Shown: in pieces, positions 39,834 to 53,966 of the stretch
Numbering within the stretch: position 1 is the first letter of the stretch
Layout: the number at the start of each line of letters is the position of its first letter
Source of the DNA: Eledone cirrhosa
Lineage: Eukaryota
DNA: 64,000 bases
Assembly: GCA_964016885.1 (NCBI GenBank)
Contig: OZ024743.1
Span: forward strand, 229,710,001-229,774,000
Direction: 5' to 3'
The notes under the pieces: generated by a model
What the model was told of the DNA's origin: nothing
The model's input: the letters and a program-made list of their open reading frames with translations, nothing else
Database searches by the model: none
Translations under genes and position numbers: made by a program

Positions 39834-40682
39834 TCTATATATATAAAACTGTGGTTGTCTGTCTGTCTATCGATTTTTGGCACACATCTCCTCTTAGAAT
39901 CTCTCACGGAATTGCACCGAAATTGCTATACTTGTACATTGAGCCCTAGCGAAGACATCGGAAAAAAAAACATTTCAAATTGACCCACCCTATGTGACGA
40001 AATCGAATATAATGTATTGATTTTTGAGCGTAAGTGATCAGTTATTTCCCTTTGTTCTGTTTACATTGAGCGTCTTACGTAAAAAATTACGCTGGCTTTC
40101 TCAGCGCTTATTGACCTGCAAAATTCATCAGTTCGAACACTAAGCTTCCGTTTTGCTTCATTTCCATTTAAAAGCATTTTAAAACAATATTTTTACTTGA
40201 AAACAAGTCTATTTAAAGACTACGTAAAACAAGCAAATATTTCGTCGTTAGGCGTGCAGACAGACAGTCGTGCAGAGAGGTGATATAGGCGTGCAGACAG
40301 ACAGTCGTGCAGAGAGGTGATATAGGCGTGCAGACAGACAGTCGTGCAGAGAGGTGATATAGGCGTGCAAACAGACATAACTGATAATTTGGTTACGCTA
40401 ATGTTTTTCTCTGCGTTGCAGTGTTTACATTTTCGATCTTTGTTAATAAATAACCAGTGCAGTTTCTATCCCCAGCATCCTCTTTTGTTATAACATTCGG
40501 GTTATCGTTATGTTTTCTTAACTTCATAAGGCATATTGTTGGTTGAGGGAATATTAATCAAAAACACCACATGCAAGTCTGCACAGTAGACACTACAGTT
40601 TTTAAGCCAAGAAAGAAACTTGACATTGTAACTTTAACACAGCTACTGAGCGACCCCGAGCAACGCCGGGCTTTACTGCTAG
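39834..40682 (+). mobile_element. Non-autonomous Helitron with internal 37-bp tandem repeat
   Basis: A|TC...ccccgagcaacgccgggc-CTAG|T with no TSD; empty site gcattgtgtaa|tgagctataaacg at 41995/41996. Confidence 0.93.
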
Positions 40683-40833
40683 TGAGGTATAAACGTTTGA
40701 AAATGTATAATAAAACCAAAACAATGCATTTAATAAAGATGTATAATAAAGCCAAAACAATGCATTTAATAAAGAATGCAAATGCAAAAGATATTGTTAA
40801 CATTTAATATTCTACCATACTATTTCATTCTAA

Positions 40834-41463
40834 TCTATATATATAAAACTGTGGTTGTCTGTCTGTCTATCGATTTTTGGCACACATCTCCTCTTAGAAT
40901 CTCTGACGGAATTGCACCGAAATTGCTATACTTGTACATTGAGCCCTAGCGAAGACATCGGAAAAAAAATATTTCAAATTGACCCACCCTATGTGACGAA
41001 ATCGAATATAATGTATCGATTTTTGAGCGTAAGTTATCAGTTATTTCCCTTTGTTCTGTTTACATTGAGCGTCTTACGTAAAAAATTACGCTGGCTTTCT
41101 CAGCGTTTAAAATGACATTAACACAATACACGAACAGTTGTCGAGCCAGCAAAATATTGACCTGCAAAATTCATCAGTTCGAACACTAAGCTTCCGTTTT
41201 GCTTCATTTCCATTTAAAAGCCTTTTAAAACAATATTTTTACTTGAAAACAAGTCTATTTAAAGACTACGTAAAACAAGCAAATATTTCGTAAAAAAAAG
41301 CGAAAATTATATAAGTTTATTTAAAATATATGTATCTGTAAATTTCGTTAGGCGTGCAGACAGACAGTCGTGCAGACAGACTTTAAGCCAAAAAAGAAAC
41401 TTAACATTGTAACTTTAACACAGCTACTGAGTGACCCCGAGCAACGCCGGGCTTTACTGCTAG
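40834..41463 (+). mobile_element. Non-autonomous Helitron, same family as 39834
   Basis: Near-identical termini; empty site ttcattctaa|taccattata at 42550/42551. Confidence 0.93.
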
Positions 41464-41922
41464 TACCATTATAAATTTTAAAGGATTGTAAATAAAACGA
41501 GTAAATCAGACAAAGTTGGAATTCCTTTTATTAATATAATCTTCTATACACAATCATACAGACCCGTGTATATTTATGTATATATATATATATATACAAT
41601 ATATTAATAAATGGAAATATTTGTTTTGCTAGACATTACACTACATACAATACAGCAGGGGAAACATGATAATAGTACCACTGATGATGTTGCAGATGTG
41701 CAACGAATGAACTATATATATATACAGACTATATATATATATATATATTTATATCTGTATTTTTGACCGTTGGTCAGTTAATGATAAACATTGATGGCCA
41801 AATGAATTAACTATGGGGATATAAAAGATGCAGAAGCGAAAACCAACCAAACAGTGAGTGTGTTCTGTTATTATTTCTGGCAATATTATTACAACAATAT
41901 GACCCTCCCAAGTATAACAATG

Positions 41923-41962
<40 letters not shown>

Positions 41963-42003
41963 AGGAAGTTATAGTTCACTTAAAGCATTGTGTAATGAGC
42001 TAT

Positions 42004-42378
42004 AAACGTTTGAAAATGTATAATAGAGCCAAAACAATGCAGGTATGGACATAGAATAAAGAATGCAAATGCAAAAGATATTGTTGGCAATTAGTCTTTT
42101 ACCTTAGATTTATTTAAATGTCCTTAATTTTCGAGATAATTTCGCTTCTTCGGAGGGAAGTAAAGCGGTTAAACCAGTGTTCTAAACACTTGGCAAGCTA
42201 TTTAGAACACTGGTTTAACTGCTTTACTTCCCTACTAAGAAGAGATATTATCTCGAAAATTAAGGACATTTAAATAAATCTAAGGTAAAAGACTAATTGT
42301 CAACAATATCTTTTGCATTTGCATTCTTTATTCTATGTCCATACCTGCATTGTTTTGGCTTTATTATACATTTAAAAC

Positions 42379-42380
<2 letters not shown>
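42004..42380. repeat. Palindrome with ~180-bp arms and 14-nt loop
   Basis: Centre gtgttctaaa-cacttggcaagcta-tttagaacac; arms pair out to acgttt/aaacgt. Confidence 0.92.
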
Positions 42381-42438
<58 letters not shown>

Positions 42439-42467
42439 TTGCAAACTTGACTGTCACCACAGAATAG

Positions 42468-42504
42468 GAACCTGAAGATTGCGAAAGCATGAAAGTACTT
42501 GTTC
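42468..42504 (+). ncRNA. Very compact minimal type I hammerhead ribozyme (37 nt)
   Basis: gaac-CTGAAGA-ttgc-gaaa-gcat-GAAA-gtac-TT-gttc. GNRA-capped stem II with a U.U first pair; palindromic AGTACT stem III. Confidence 0.65.
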
Positions 42505-43011
42505 AATTAACACTTAACATTTAATATTCTACCATACTATTTCATTCTAATACCATTATAAATTTTAAAGGATTGTAAATAAAACGAGTAAATAAGACAA
42601 AGTTGGAATTCCTTTTATTAATATAATCTTCTATACACAATCATACAGACCCGTGTATATTTATGTATATATATATATATATATACAATATATTAATAAA
42701 TGGAAATATTTGTTTTGCTAGACATTACAATACATACAATACAGCAGGGGAAACATGATAATAGTACCTCTGATAATGTTGCAGGTGTGCAACGAAAGAA
42801 CTATATATATATATTTATACAGACTATATATATATATTTATATCTGTAATTTTGACCGTTGGTCAGTTAATGATAAACATTGATGGCCAAATGAATTAAC
42901 TATGGGGATATAAAAGATGCAGAAGTGAAAATCAACCAAACAGTGAGTGTGTTCTGTTATTATTTCTGGCAATATTATTACAACAATATGACCCTCCCAA
43001 GTATAACAAGG

Positions 43012-43079
<68 letters not shown>

Positions 43080-44264
43080 TTCATCTTCCTATTCTACTCT
43101 CTATTTTTCTATTTCTTCTTTATTTCCCCTATCTTTTGATGAACTAGTGTCCTACTATATCAAGCGTTAAACTAATATATTCTTCATTGTACTGTGTTGT
43201 GTACTTTGTCGTTTCCATTTACGTATTTTCACACACGCATATGCACGCACGGGCGCACCCTCCATATGTATATACGTGCATGATTTCATCCTACAAATAT
43301 GTACATACATGCATACGTGTAAATGTACTATGAATATGTCAGTAAATAATTATTGTATGGAAATCAATAGGGAACAGAAATTTCAGCTGTCAATCAAATA
43401 ACACTGTATTACATATTTAATATTATCCCTATTTAATGGAAAGAAAGGAACTAACAAATAATAAAGAGCAAAAATAATGCATGAAAGAAAGAAGAAAGCG
43501 AAGAAAGAAAGAAATATATAGATGAATGAAGAAGTGAATAAAGTGAGGAAGAATATAACTAAGCATTACCAGATTTCCTTGTTGGCATACAGTGGTATAT
43601 CCACCCATCCATCCATCCATGAATGAATGCAAGCATACATCCTATAAACACACACATACACATACACACACACATACATAGACACACACACACAACACAC
43701 ATATATATATATATATTTAATATGCGTATTACTACAAACATCTACTTACATACATGCATGCATAATATAATATACATTATATCATATCATTATATAATTA
43801 AATATATATATATATATATATGTTTAATATGTGTATTCCTACAACCATCTACTTACATGCATGCATGTCTAATATAATATACATTATATAATATAATATC
43901 GATAGTCGATCGACAGGTTTCCAGACATCATTCGCTTAACGAGTGGAGTGGAGCTCGTCAAATCGGACCGAGGAAACTATGTTTCCAATGGTCTTCCTAA
44001 TTGCTGATACTATCTGTCGGTCGCAAATCCAAGCAGAAGGAGCAACGTGAAATAAATTGTCTTGCTCAAAGTTATAATTCACTGACCGTTCTGGTAATCA
44101 GCCTCACACACACACAAACAGATGTGTTTGTGTGCGAGGCTGAGTGGTTATAGTGCGAGGAATCGTGAGGTCGAGATTTCCATTACCAGACCGGTCGGTG
44201 AGTTATATCTTTGAGGAAGGTGAAACAATTGTTCTCGGTATGGTGAACTAACTGTTGTGTAACT

Positions 44265-44379
<115 letters not shown>

Positions 44380-45084
44380 TAAATACATACGTATATATAT
44401 ACATATAAACATTTGCATATAAAAATTGCCACTAATTTAAAATATATATTGTTGTTTGACACCACATCTTGAAAACATGCTCTGTTGTATAATTCAACGG
44501 TCTCATTCTATCCCAGTGTAGTAAAGAAGATACAAGTGAATAAGTATATTTAAGGTTCACTGAGAAAGAGATTGCAGATACAGTACTCCAAATTGTCGTT
44601 CAGTTGCATGCCTATTATCATTAGAGGTAAAGTATGTATATCAACCTGTCTGGACCAAAGTATGACTGAAATTGAATTCTTGAATATAGAACACAGCTCC
44701 TTAATTCATAAGCTACAAATGGCCAGGAAATTGAGTACCTTCAAAGTCTGTTAAACCTTCTTAAGCTTCAAAGAATGACTGAAATTTCCGTTTATTTTAC
44801 AGCCTTGCCACTGGGAAAGTGGTCTGTCTAAATATATTCAAAACCAAGAAAAAGTGTAAAGAAAAAAAGATTGCGTAGTCACATATATAGATGTATACTA
44901 ACACATACATGCTTACATACATAGACGCACATGCATATATACATGCACGCAAATGCATTCATATATACACACATAGATCATACATAAACAATCATACATA
45001 CAAACATGCATACATACATAGATACCTACCTACATACCTATTTACATACATTCATACATACATAAATACATACGTACTTACATA

Positions 45085-45180
45085 CATAGCACGCTTCGTA
45101 CGAACATATCCGAACACATTCGAACACACACGTGTGTGCAGACAGAACACACTTATACACACCGAGAAACCTACACCCCA

Positions 45181-45252
<72 letters not shown>

Positions 45253-45801
45253 TTAGAAAGAGGAGAATAAATACGTTCCATACACCAGCATTTCACAAAT
45301 TCACTGATTAGCTTTCTCTCATTCACCTGATCACTCAGTCACAAAACCAATCACTCTCACATAATTCACTCTCTAGTACTTATGTATTCTCTCACACACT
45401 CATTCACTCAACGACACACTGACTTAGCATCTGAAGTTATCATTTTCAGAGACGCACTCTATCAGACCTTGCTCTGAGTCCTACTACGTCAATCTATAAA
45501 CCATCCCACCCTTCCTCGCTCTCTTTATTCTCTCTCTCCCTTCCCCTCTCTCTCTCTCACCTCTCTCTCCCTCTCCTCCTCTCTCTCAATGTCTATGTTC
45601 ATTTCTTTCTCCCCCGCTTTTCTCCGTCTTACTATAAATCTATAAATACACACGCGAGCATACACACACAAATACATACAAACGCACACTCATACGCACG
45701 CAAACAAACAACCACACTCACACATACACACAAACTCACATGTATATATACAGACACATGTGTATATATATGTATATATATATATACACACACACACACA
45801 C

Positions 45802-45862
<61 letters not shown>

Positions 45863-46122
45863 CTCTCAAAATCGATAATGAGCCTATCTGAAACTGGTTG
45901 TCTATCTATCGTTTGTGACAAAAATAAACGTTATATATCAAACTAGCTTGAGGGAGAGTTAAAAAACAAACAAAAAGGTATAGAAATAAGAACAAATCTT
46001 ATAAAATAGAAGAAAAAGAAATTCCATAGCACTCTTCGTACGAACATATCCGAACACACTCGAATACACATGTGTATGCAGACAGAACACACATATATAC
46101 ACCGACAAACCTATACCCCACC

Positions 46123-46126
<4 letters not shown>
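45085..46126. repeat. Two ~100-bp direct repeats (45085-45185 and 46025-46126), each ending at (TA)n
   Basis: catagcac.cttcgtacgaacatatccgaacaca...aaacctat/cacccca. Confidence 0.8.
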
Positions 46127-46169
<43 letters not shown>

Positions 46170-46191
46170 TATATAAATATGTGTATATCCT

Positions 46192-46230
<39 letters not shown>

Positions 46231-46253
46231 TACATACATACACACACACACAT

Positions 46254-46305
<52 letters not shown>

Positions 46306-46353
46306 GCATACATACATATATATATATATATATACATATATATACACATATAT

Positions 46354-46402
<49 letters not shown>

Positions 46403-46483
46403 CATATATATATATATATGTATATATATATACATATATATATATATATGTGTGTATGTATGTATATATATATGTATATATAT

Positions 46484-46551
<68 letters not shown>

Positions 46552-47025
46552 TCATATATATATATATATGTGTGTGTGTGTATTTGTGAGTGTGTGTATG
46601 TGTGTGTTAGAACTAGGATTATGGTATCCCCGCTAAAAAAGAAAAAATAATACCAAGTAAGTAAAAATATATGAAAACTGGAAACAAAAATAAAGGCAAA
46701 AGAAACATTAAAAAAACAGATAAAGCAAAAATCTCCAAACTTCACTTCTGTGAAACGACGGATGAAACATAGGTGAATTGTTAAGATTTATTTTTCTGCG
46801 CGAAATATCGAATAGTTTGATGTAGATTAATTACGGATTACGAGGAGCTATAAGCGTAAAAAACTTCTCAAAGACATTGAAGAAGCTGTTGGTGGTACGA
46901 CATAAGAATGAAGGAAGAAACAACAACAACATCAATAACAAAACATTACAAGCAAACGAATAAAACATATATACAAATGCTTAAACAAGTGAGAGACAAT
47001 TAGAGAAAAAGAAATAGAGAGAGAA

Positions 47026-47115
<90 letters not shown>

Positions 47116-47221
47116 GAGAAAGAGAGATAGAGAAAGAGAGAGATAGAGAGAGAAAAAGAAAGAGAGTGAGAAAGCTAGTGAATTGAGAAAGAGAGATAGA
47201 CAGAGACAGAGTGATAAACAG

Positions 47222-47253
<32 letters not shown>

Positions 47254-47456
47254 AGAGAGGGAGAGAGAAAAAAATAAAGAGAGTGAGAAAGCTAGTGAAT
47301 TGAGAAAGAGAGATATACAGAGAGAAAGAGAGATAGAGTGGATTGAGAAAGAGAGATAGACAGAGAGAGAGTGTGTGTGTGTGTGAAAGGGAGAAAGAGA
47401 AGTAGATAGACACAAGGAACTAAAAATATAAGAAGACAACGAAAGAAGGAAAACGT

Positions 47457-47553
<97 letters not shown>

Positions 47554-48016
47554 AAGGAAATGAGGAATAGAGAAAGTAAGACGAAAAGTTAAAGATAAAA
47601 CAAGAAACGAACGAAAGAAAACACAAAACCAAAATGGCGTGGTAGGCGTTAGGAGATGGACGAAAGAAATGTGGAAGAAAAAACGAAGAGAAAAGATGGA
47701 GCATAGTATGTCAACAATAAGTCATCGAATTTACAACCATCTATTCGAATCTATATGTAGCAGAAAAGATCGTTCTTGTTTTTAGTTCGTCTATCGCTGT
47801 TGTTAAACCGAGATGAAAATTCACTTGAACGTCACGTCTTCATCCTGGCACCCATCAGAAACCTCCACACACTTCTTCTTCAACCCCATCACCACCATCA
47901 TCATCATCATCATCATCATGTATTTACTCATGTTAGTATATACAACACTTGTTGCTCTATTTCAGATTGCTTTCTTTTTTGTTATTAAATTCCTGACCTT
48001 TCCTTATTCATTTCAC

Positions 48017-48079
<63 letters not shown>

Positions 48080-48137
48080 ATATATATATATATATCAATC
48101 TATCAATCAACCTATCCATCGCAATTTCTGTCCATGC

Positions 48138-48215
<78 letters not shown>

Positions 48216-49799
48216 ATATATATATATTGATCTAGCGATCTATCGCTCTCTAACTTTCTATCGAATCTGTTCTTTTTTATTCATGTCAGTCCTAATGGTA
48301 ACATTAAAAATAAGTGAAGTGGAACAGCTTCAGTTTAGTTTACAGATAAACGTGGATACAATCATGGTAGAAGCTACACGTGTCTGTGTGGCCACTTACA
48401 CGTTTATTTTACGGCCTAGCATGTCACACACGGTGTCACGCTGAATTTCCTTGAGCCCTACATCAAATGTACACGTTTCAATAGAATGCTCAGTCACTTG
48501 AACGTCAATTTTATGTGTAGGCTGTTCCTTTCATGAAACAACCCTTCGCCGTCACACACGGTCCAACAACAATAACTGGGAGAATTGAGAACAGAGTGGT
48601 GTATGGAAGCTTTATTGCAGGAGTATTTGTGTGAGGTTTGAATGAAGCGAACTTCTTAAAAAACTTTTGTTATGCTGCGCTGTATGCCTTGTGAGTAAGA
48701 TTGAAGTTAGACATTAGGGGGCTGGGGGCACTTCAGATGAGCGGGTTCCTCATACTCAAAAAAATTAGAATACACAGCTAACCACCAATTTTACATATCA
48801 AATTTATCTTGGCACAAATAATTGAAATTGAAAAGTTATACTTACAGGTATTAATTAAACAAATTCTAACCATCCTAAAACAAATAATCCCAGCTGAGGG
48901 CACAAATAAATTGCTACGGCCGTCGCTGGTGGGATCCCAACTACAGGAGGCCCGGGGCAATTACCCCCTTTGAACCACCACCTTTAAATCCGGTCTGCTT
49001 GTGAGTGGAAATTTGTCTAAAACTTTGTAACACCATCGAATGAATTGAACCCTTAAGAGCCAGCCTTGTCGACCTCTGTATCAAGCTGAATCATCCTAGC
49101 AATAAGGTTTAGAATACACGTGTCTGTGACATACACAGCTACTACATACTTGCACGTTAGTTTCCCGACCAGGCTGTTCCGTTGATCAAACAACTGTTGG
49201 AATACTCGACGGAGGTCCAACAACAACGCCAAAAGCAACAACATCCACAGCAGTAACAACAACAACAACTACAACAACAAAAATAAAAGCTACACCTAAA
49301 AAATGATACAATAACAACAACAGTATTGAGTGCAGCAGTGGTTTGTCTGATATTTGAGTGAAAACAGGAAGAAAAAGAACTATGAGAAAGGCACATCTGG
49401 TAATGAAATACACTAGTAGTGAAGTGTGTGTGTATGTGTGTTTGAGTGTGTGTGTGTGTGTGTGTGAGTGGCTGCGTGTGAAAGAATGAGAAAGAAATTG
49501 AGAGAGAGAGAGGGGGGGAGAAGGGTGGTGGAAAGAGATATGGAAGGAGAAAGAGAGTGAAAAGTGTTTGGAAGAGTGGGTATATGTGGGAAGAAAAGTA
49601 GATGACAGATTAAGAGAGTGTAAGAGAGTGTGGGAATATATTGGGAAGTGGAGAAATAAAGAGAGAAGGAAATAATGAGAGAGAAAGAGAGAGATAATGA
49701 GAGAGTGAAAGAGATTGGAGAAGGAGAAATTGTGGGTGGGAGAGAGTATTAGAGAATAAATGAGGGGGAAGAGGTAGAAACTGAATTGGAATGGATGGC

Positions 49800-49896
<97 letters not shown>

Positions 49897-50677
49897 AAGG
49901 GAGAGAGGGAGAGGCAGATAGATAGATAGATTTGATGATGCATTGGTAGTTTGATGGATAGATAGAAAGAAAGTTATATATATATATATATGTGTGTGTG
50001 TAAAGAAAGAGAGAGAGGGGAGGGAGAGAGAGAGGGGGGGAGAGAGAGAGATATATGAATAACTAGATGGATAGATAGATGGAGAGATATAGAGAAATTG
50101 TTAGAATCGAAGGGTTATGTAAATAAATGAAAAGGTGGCGAAAATGGCAGGTAGATGAAGAGAAATTGATATGTAAATGAGAGCGAGAGTAAGAGCAAGA
50201 GAGAGAGAGAGAGAGAGATGGAGCAAGAATATGTGTCTAAATGGAAACGATATGAAGGAAGTTGATATGAAAATGTGAAAGGGATAATGAGAGAGGGAGC
50301 GAGAGAGTGTGTGTCAATGGAAATGATATGAAGGAAGTTGATATGCAAATGAGAGGAGTAGTGAGTGGGTGGGTTAGTGAGAACCTTGTAGAGAAGGAAA
50401 CATAAGTTGGGTTAAGATGCCGAGAAAATGTAAAAATCATGAAGTCGATAAATTGATTAATTCCATAACTAACATTTCAGATCGTCGAACAGCTACCACC
50501 ACCTAGCTGTTAGTAAGATCCGCCTTTACAAGCCAAGTGTACAGAGATATAAATCCATCGTCTGAATTATCTCTGCCCGCTAGTTAGCGTCCTTTAGTGC
50601 TTAATACCCTTAGGAAAAATGCGTGAATTTGGTTTGGCTATATATACATATATATATTGAACTCTCTTAAACTATCT

Positions 50678-50723
<46 letters not shown>

Positions 50724-51599
50724 TTAGTTCAATATTTGTATTTATAGGCTTCTTCTCTGAATTATATTCTAAGCGATATTATTCACTTGAGATGTAATGT
50801 ATATTACTGACTAATTTTCAAATATATGTTATAAATTGTTACTGTTAAATTGTAGAGTTGCTAGACGTTTTTAAATTGACTGCTATTTCTGCTAAAAAAA
50901 TTGTTCTCGTTACCTCGTCTGTATTGTACAAACTTTTATCTTGTTGTTAATTCTGGGCATGCGTACATCATTGTGCACCATTCTGGATTTATTTCGGGCA
51001 AATAAGAGATCTGACAAAAGGTAAATATATCTCGTCTCTCATAATCTTTGGAACAGAAGAATCTCTCTGATGGTCAAACAAGTTTCTGTCGTTATGACCA
51101 CAAGAAGAGCTCTTATGAGATTTCTCTTTTGATTCCAGATAACTTTGTGCCATTTTGGTTATCTCGAAACACACATCTTCATCCGGATAAAGTTGTGGTA
51201 CAATAAATAAGGAAGTCTTTCTATGGTCGTATTATTTTTCCCCAAAATGCCAGAGCTTAGAACTCTCTTCCCTATCATTGTTTTGCTCCTTATGACCTGA
51301 ACAATTTCAAGTTTAAAGTAAATTCATTCCTTTTTGTCTTAATTTCTCCTTCTTCGTAGTCCCTTACATTAAGTTACTTCACGCCTTGTTTGGGACTTTA
51401 AAGAAAAATATATTCATACATATGTCTACACATATAAAAATGTGTTTGTGAGAGTGTGTATGTGTAGACATATCTATGTATGCATGTATATATAAATATG
51501 CATACACACACATATATATATATATATATGTATATAGCAAAGAAGATTGGTTGACTAAAATAAACTTGGGAAATTTGAAATTTGAAAATATATTCTCTA

Positions 51600-51990
51600 C
51601 ATGCTTCGGTGGAACTCCAGTCGAATGCACTACACATGCTTACTTTATTTTCATTCCAGCCATGCAACACTCGGCATCAAACATATTACATAACACCATG
51701 TCGTCTACAAATTCCAACCGACCGATTTTACACCCGCCATTCATGATGCCACTCCCAACCCGGCTGCGCATGTCGGTCCTGTTCTTATAAATAATGAACA
51801 GGTGAGGTGTCAGTACGCACACTAGGCGGAGTTAGACTCCCACATTGAATGGTTTCGATTTAGCATCATTTTTATCCGAACACAAATAGTCGAGTATTCG
51901 TACAGAGATATCAGGGCAGCAAGAAGCTGACCATCGACAGGGGAGGAGTGTCTGAAGACTCTGGGCCACGACTCTCGTAGGAATAATTGT
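51600..51990 (-). pseudogene. RTE-like reverse-transcriptase fragment
   Basis: VDGQLLAALISLYEYSTICVRI..SKPFNVGV...CVL.P.LF...LEFVDDMVL...AGMKI across frameshifts. Confidence 0.75.
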
Positions 51991-52446
51991 AACCCTAATA
52001 CTCGTATTTGTAGGAAATTGTTGAATAAATCGTGTATTATACCACCGGGAATGGAAAATATGTTTAGTGATACCTGTGTGGAATCGAACCATGCATCTCT
52101 CGTATGCAGGATCCCTGGCCACCTTTTCTTTTCTCGGTTTTTCTTTGAAGATTTACTTCTGTGAGCAGCTAAAAGGGTAAACAAAATTTAGTGTACACTA
52201 GTGAACTAATCTTGTTTACACTTCTAGCTCAATAATTAAATCTTCTAAAAAGACGGTAATTGAGATTTGCGATCTTTGGGCCTAATGGTTAAAAGCATTC
52301 ACCCATCATATGGAAGATGTGTGGTTCGATTACTCGCAAGTAAATCTGTCGGTTTTATTGTTTTCGCATCCAGATGTAATCGTATATCACCCGATTTATT
52401 CAACTATTATCTATATTTATCAACTAATATTATTATACTTGTGTAT

Positions 52447-53066
52447 GAATTGGCAGTACCGGTAGAGGGCTGGACGCCTTGCTTTGACGCATAGAGTTAC
52501 GGCCCTTGCCATTCAGAGTTCAAATCCCACCGAGGTTAACTTTGCCTTTCATCCTTACGGGGTCGATAAAATAAAGTACCAGTAATGCACTGAGTATTTG
52601 CTGGCCTTGTGCCAATAGTAGAAACAATTATTATACTTGTGTATAAGGGCGGTGGATTGGCAGTATCGGTAGAGGGTCGGACGCTATGCTTTGAAGCATA
52701 GAGTTACCTCCCTTTATGATCTGAGTTCAAAGCCCGCCGAGGTTAACTTTGCCTTTCATCCTTACATGGTCGATAAAATAAAGTACCAGTAATACACTGG
52801 TATAATTGCTGGCCTTGTGCCAAAAATAGAAACAATTGTTATACATGTGTATGAAGAGGGGCAATTATCAGTAGAACTTCGGACAACATGCTTCGTGGTA
52901 TAGAGTTACGGCCCTTTACGTTCTGATTTCAAATCCCGCCGAGGTTAGCTTTTCTTTCCATCCTTACGAGGTTCATGATATAAAGTACCAGTAACGCGCT
53001 GGGGTCGATTTAACAGACTTTCCTCTCCTCCAAAAGTGTTGGTCTTATGCCTAAATCAGAAACCAT
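52447..53066 (+). mobile_element. Head-to-tail trimer of the tRNA-derived SINE
   Basis: Three ~200-bp units, each with ttcaaa.cccgccgaggtta...ttcatccttac...aaagtaccagtaa. Confidence 0.85.
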
Positions 53067-53172
53067 TATTATAGTTGTCATAGTGGTTTATATTGTGACG
53101 AATATATATATATATATATATATAAACTGGAATTGAACCATCAGCACAGTTGAGGTATGTCAGACATCAATT

Positions 53173-53238
53173 TATTTTATCTGATGAGGACGTACTGATG
53201 AAACAGCTCAGTACCTCTGAAATATAAATAATAAAATA
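53173..53238 (+). ncRNA. Minimal type I hammerhead ribozyme (family B)
   Basis: tattttat-CTGATGA-ggacgtactga...tcagtacctct-GAAA-tataaa-TA-ataaaata. Confidence 0.85.
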
Positions 53239-53428
53239 TATTTGATCACATGAATGTCTATATTTATTAGTATTTTGAAATAATATATATATATATGTAG
53301 AAGTTATATTTAATTTGTTGGGATACAACAAGCAAATATTTTTATAAGTGATATAAAGCACTCAACACATTTTTGGAGTAAAAATACAATATATTAATAA
53401 ATGGAAACTATATTTATAAAACCATATT

Positions 53429-53493
53429 TATTTCATTATACATATTTCAAGGACATCAAAGCAAATTATGGTGCGCTTTCATCAGATAAAATA
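53429..53493 (-). ncRNA. Minimal type I hammerhead ribozyme (family A)
   Basis: tattttat-CTGATGA-aagcgcacc...gatgtcctt-GAAA-tatgta-TA-atgaaata; two stem II mismatches. Confidence 0.75.
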
Positions 53494-53935
53494 TAATATA
53501 GATAGTTTTATAAACAAATATTTACATACCCTTAAAGAATGCGACCATGTCGGTTGGCAGCTCCCGGATAGTGGGGTTACTAATTTTATTATTGGTCTAT
53601 TATGCAAATTAGTGTCGGAGAGGTTTAAATCCCGTACATTTAAATTAAGCCAGTGGAATAGGGAAAAAATAAAATAAAAATAAAAATAAAAAGAAAGAGC
53701 AAACCCAAAGAAGGAAAACAAAAGAAAGAGAATTGTGTGTGTTGTATTAACGTAATTTATGATGAAGCGAAAAGATAAATATATATTGGATGAATTACGC
53801 GGAGTAAATAAACCGTGGATAAATAAATAAATAAATAAATAGTAATAACCGGAGAATGTTATCTAATATTTAATTTATCAATTAAATTATTGAGATCTAT
53901 AAATTAAAAATTGAGATCTATATATTATTAAAAGA

Positions 53936-53966
<31 letters not shown>

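Larger units (their letters stand above)
41464..43010. repeat. Direct duplication of ~455 bp (41464-41920 and 42551-43010) enclosing a large palindrome
   Basis: Near-identical blocks, both ending in (TA)n. Confidence 0.85.

Noticed and set aside
40080-40140. Minus-strand CTGATGA...GAAA inside a Helitron
   Set aside because: No stem I or stem II pairing
41685-41720. CTGATGA-t-gttgca-gatg-tgcaac-GAAT, and its paralogue at 42770 with CTGATAA...GAAA
   Set aside because: Stem II is good, but each copy has a core mutation and no convincing stem I or III; at most a decayed hammerhead
52275-52345. tRNA gene
   Set aside because: Only A- and B-box-like motifs with no complete cloverleaf; better explained as a SINE head
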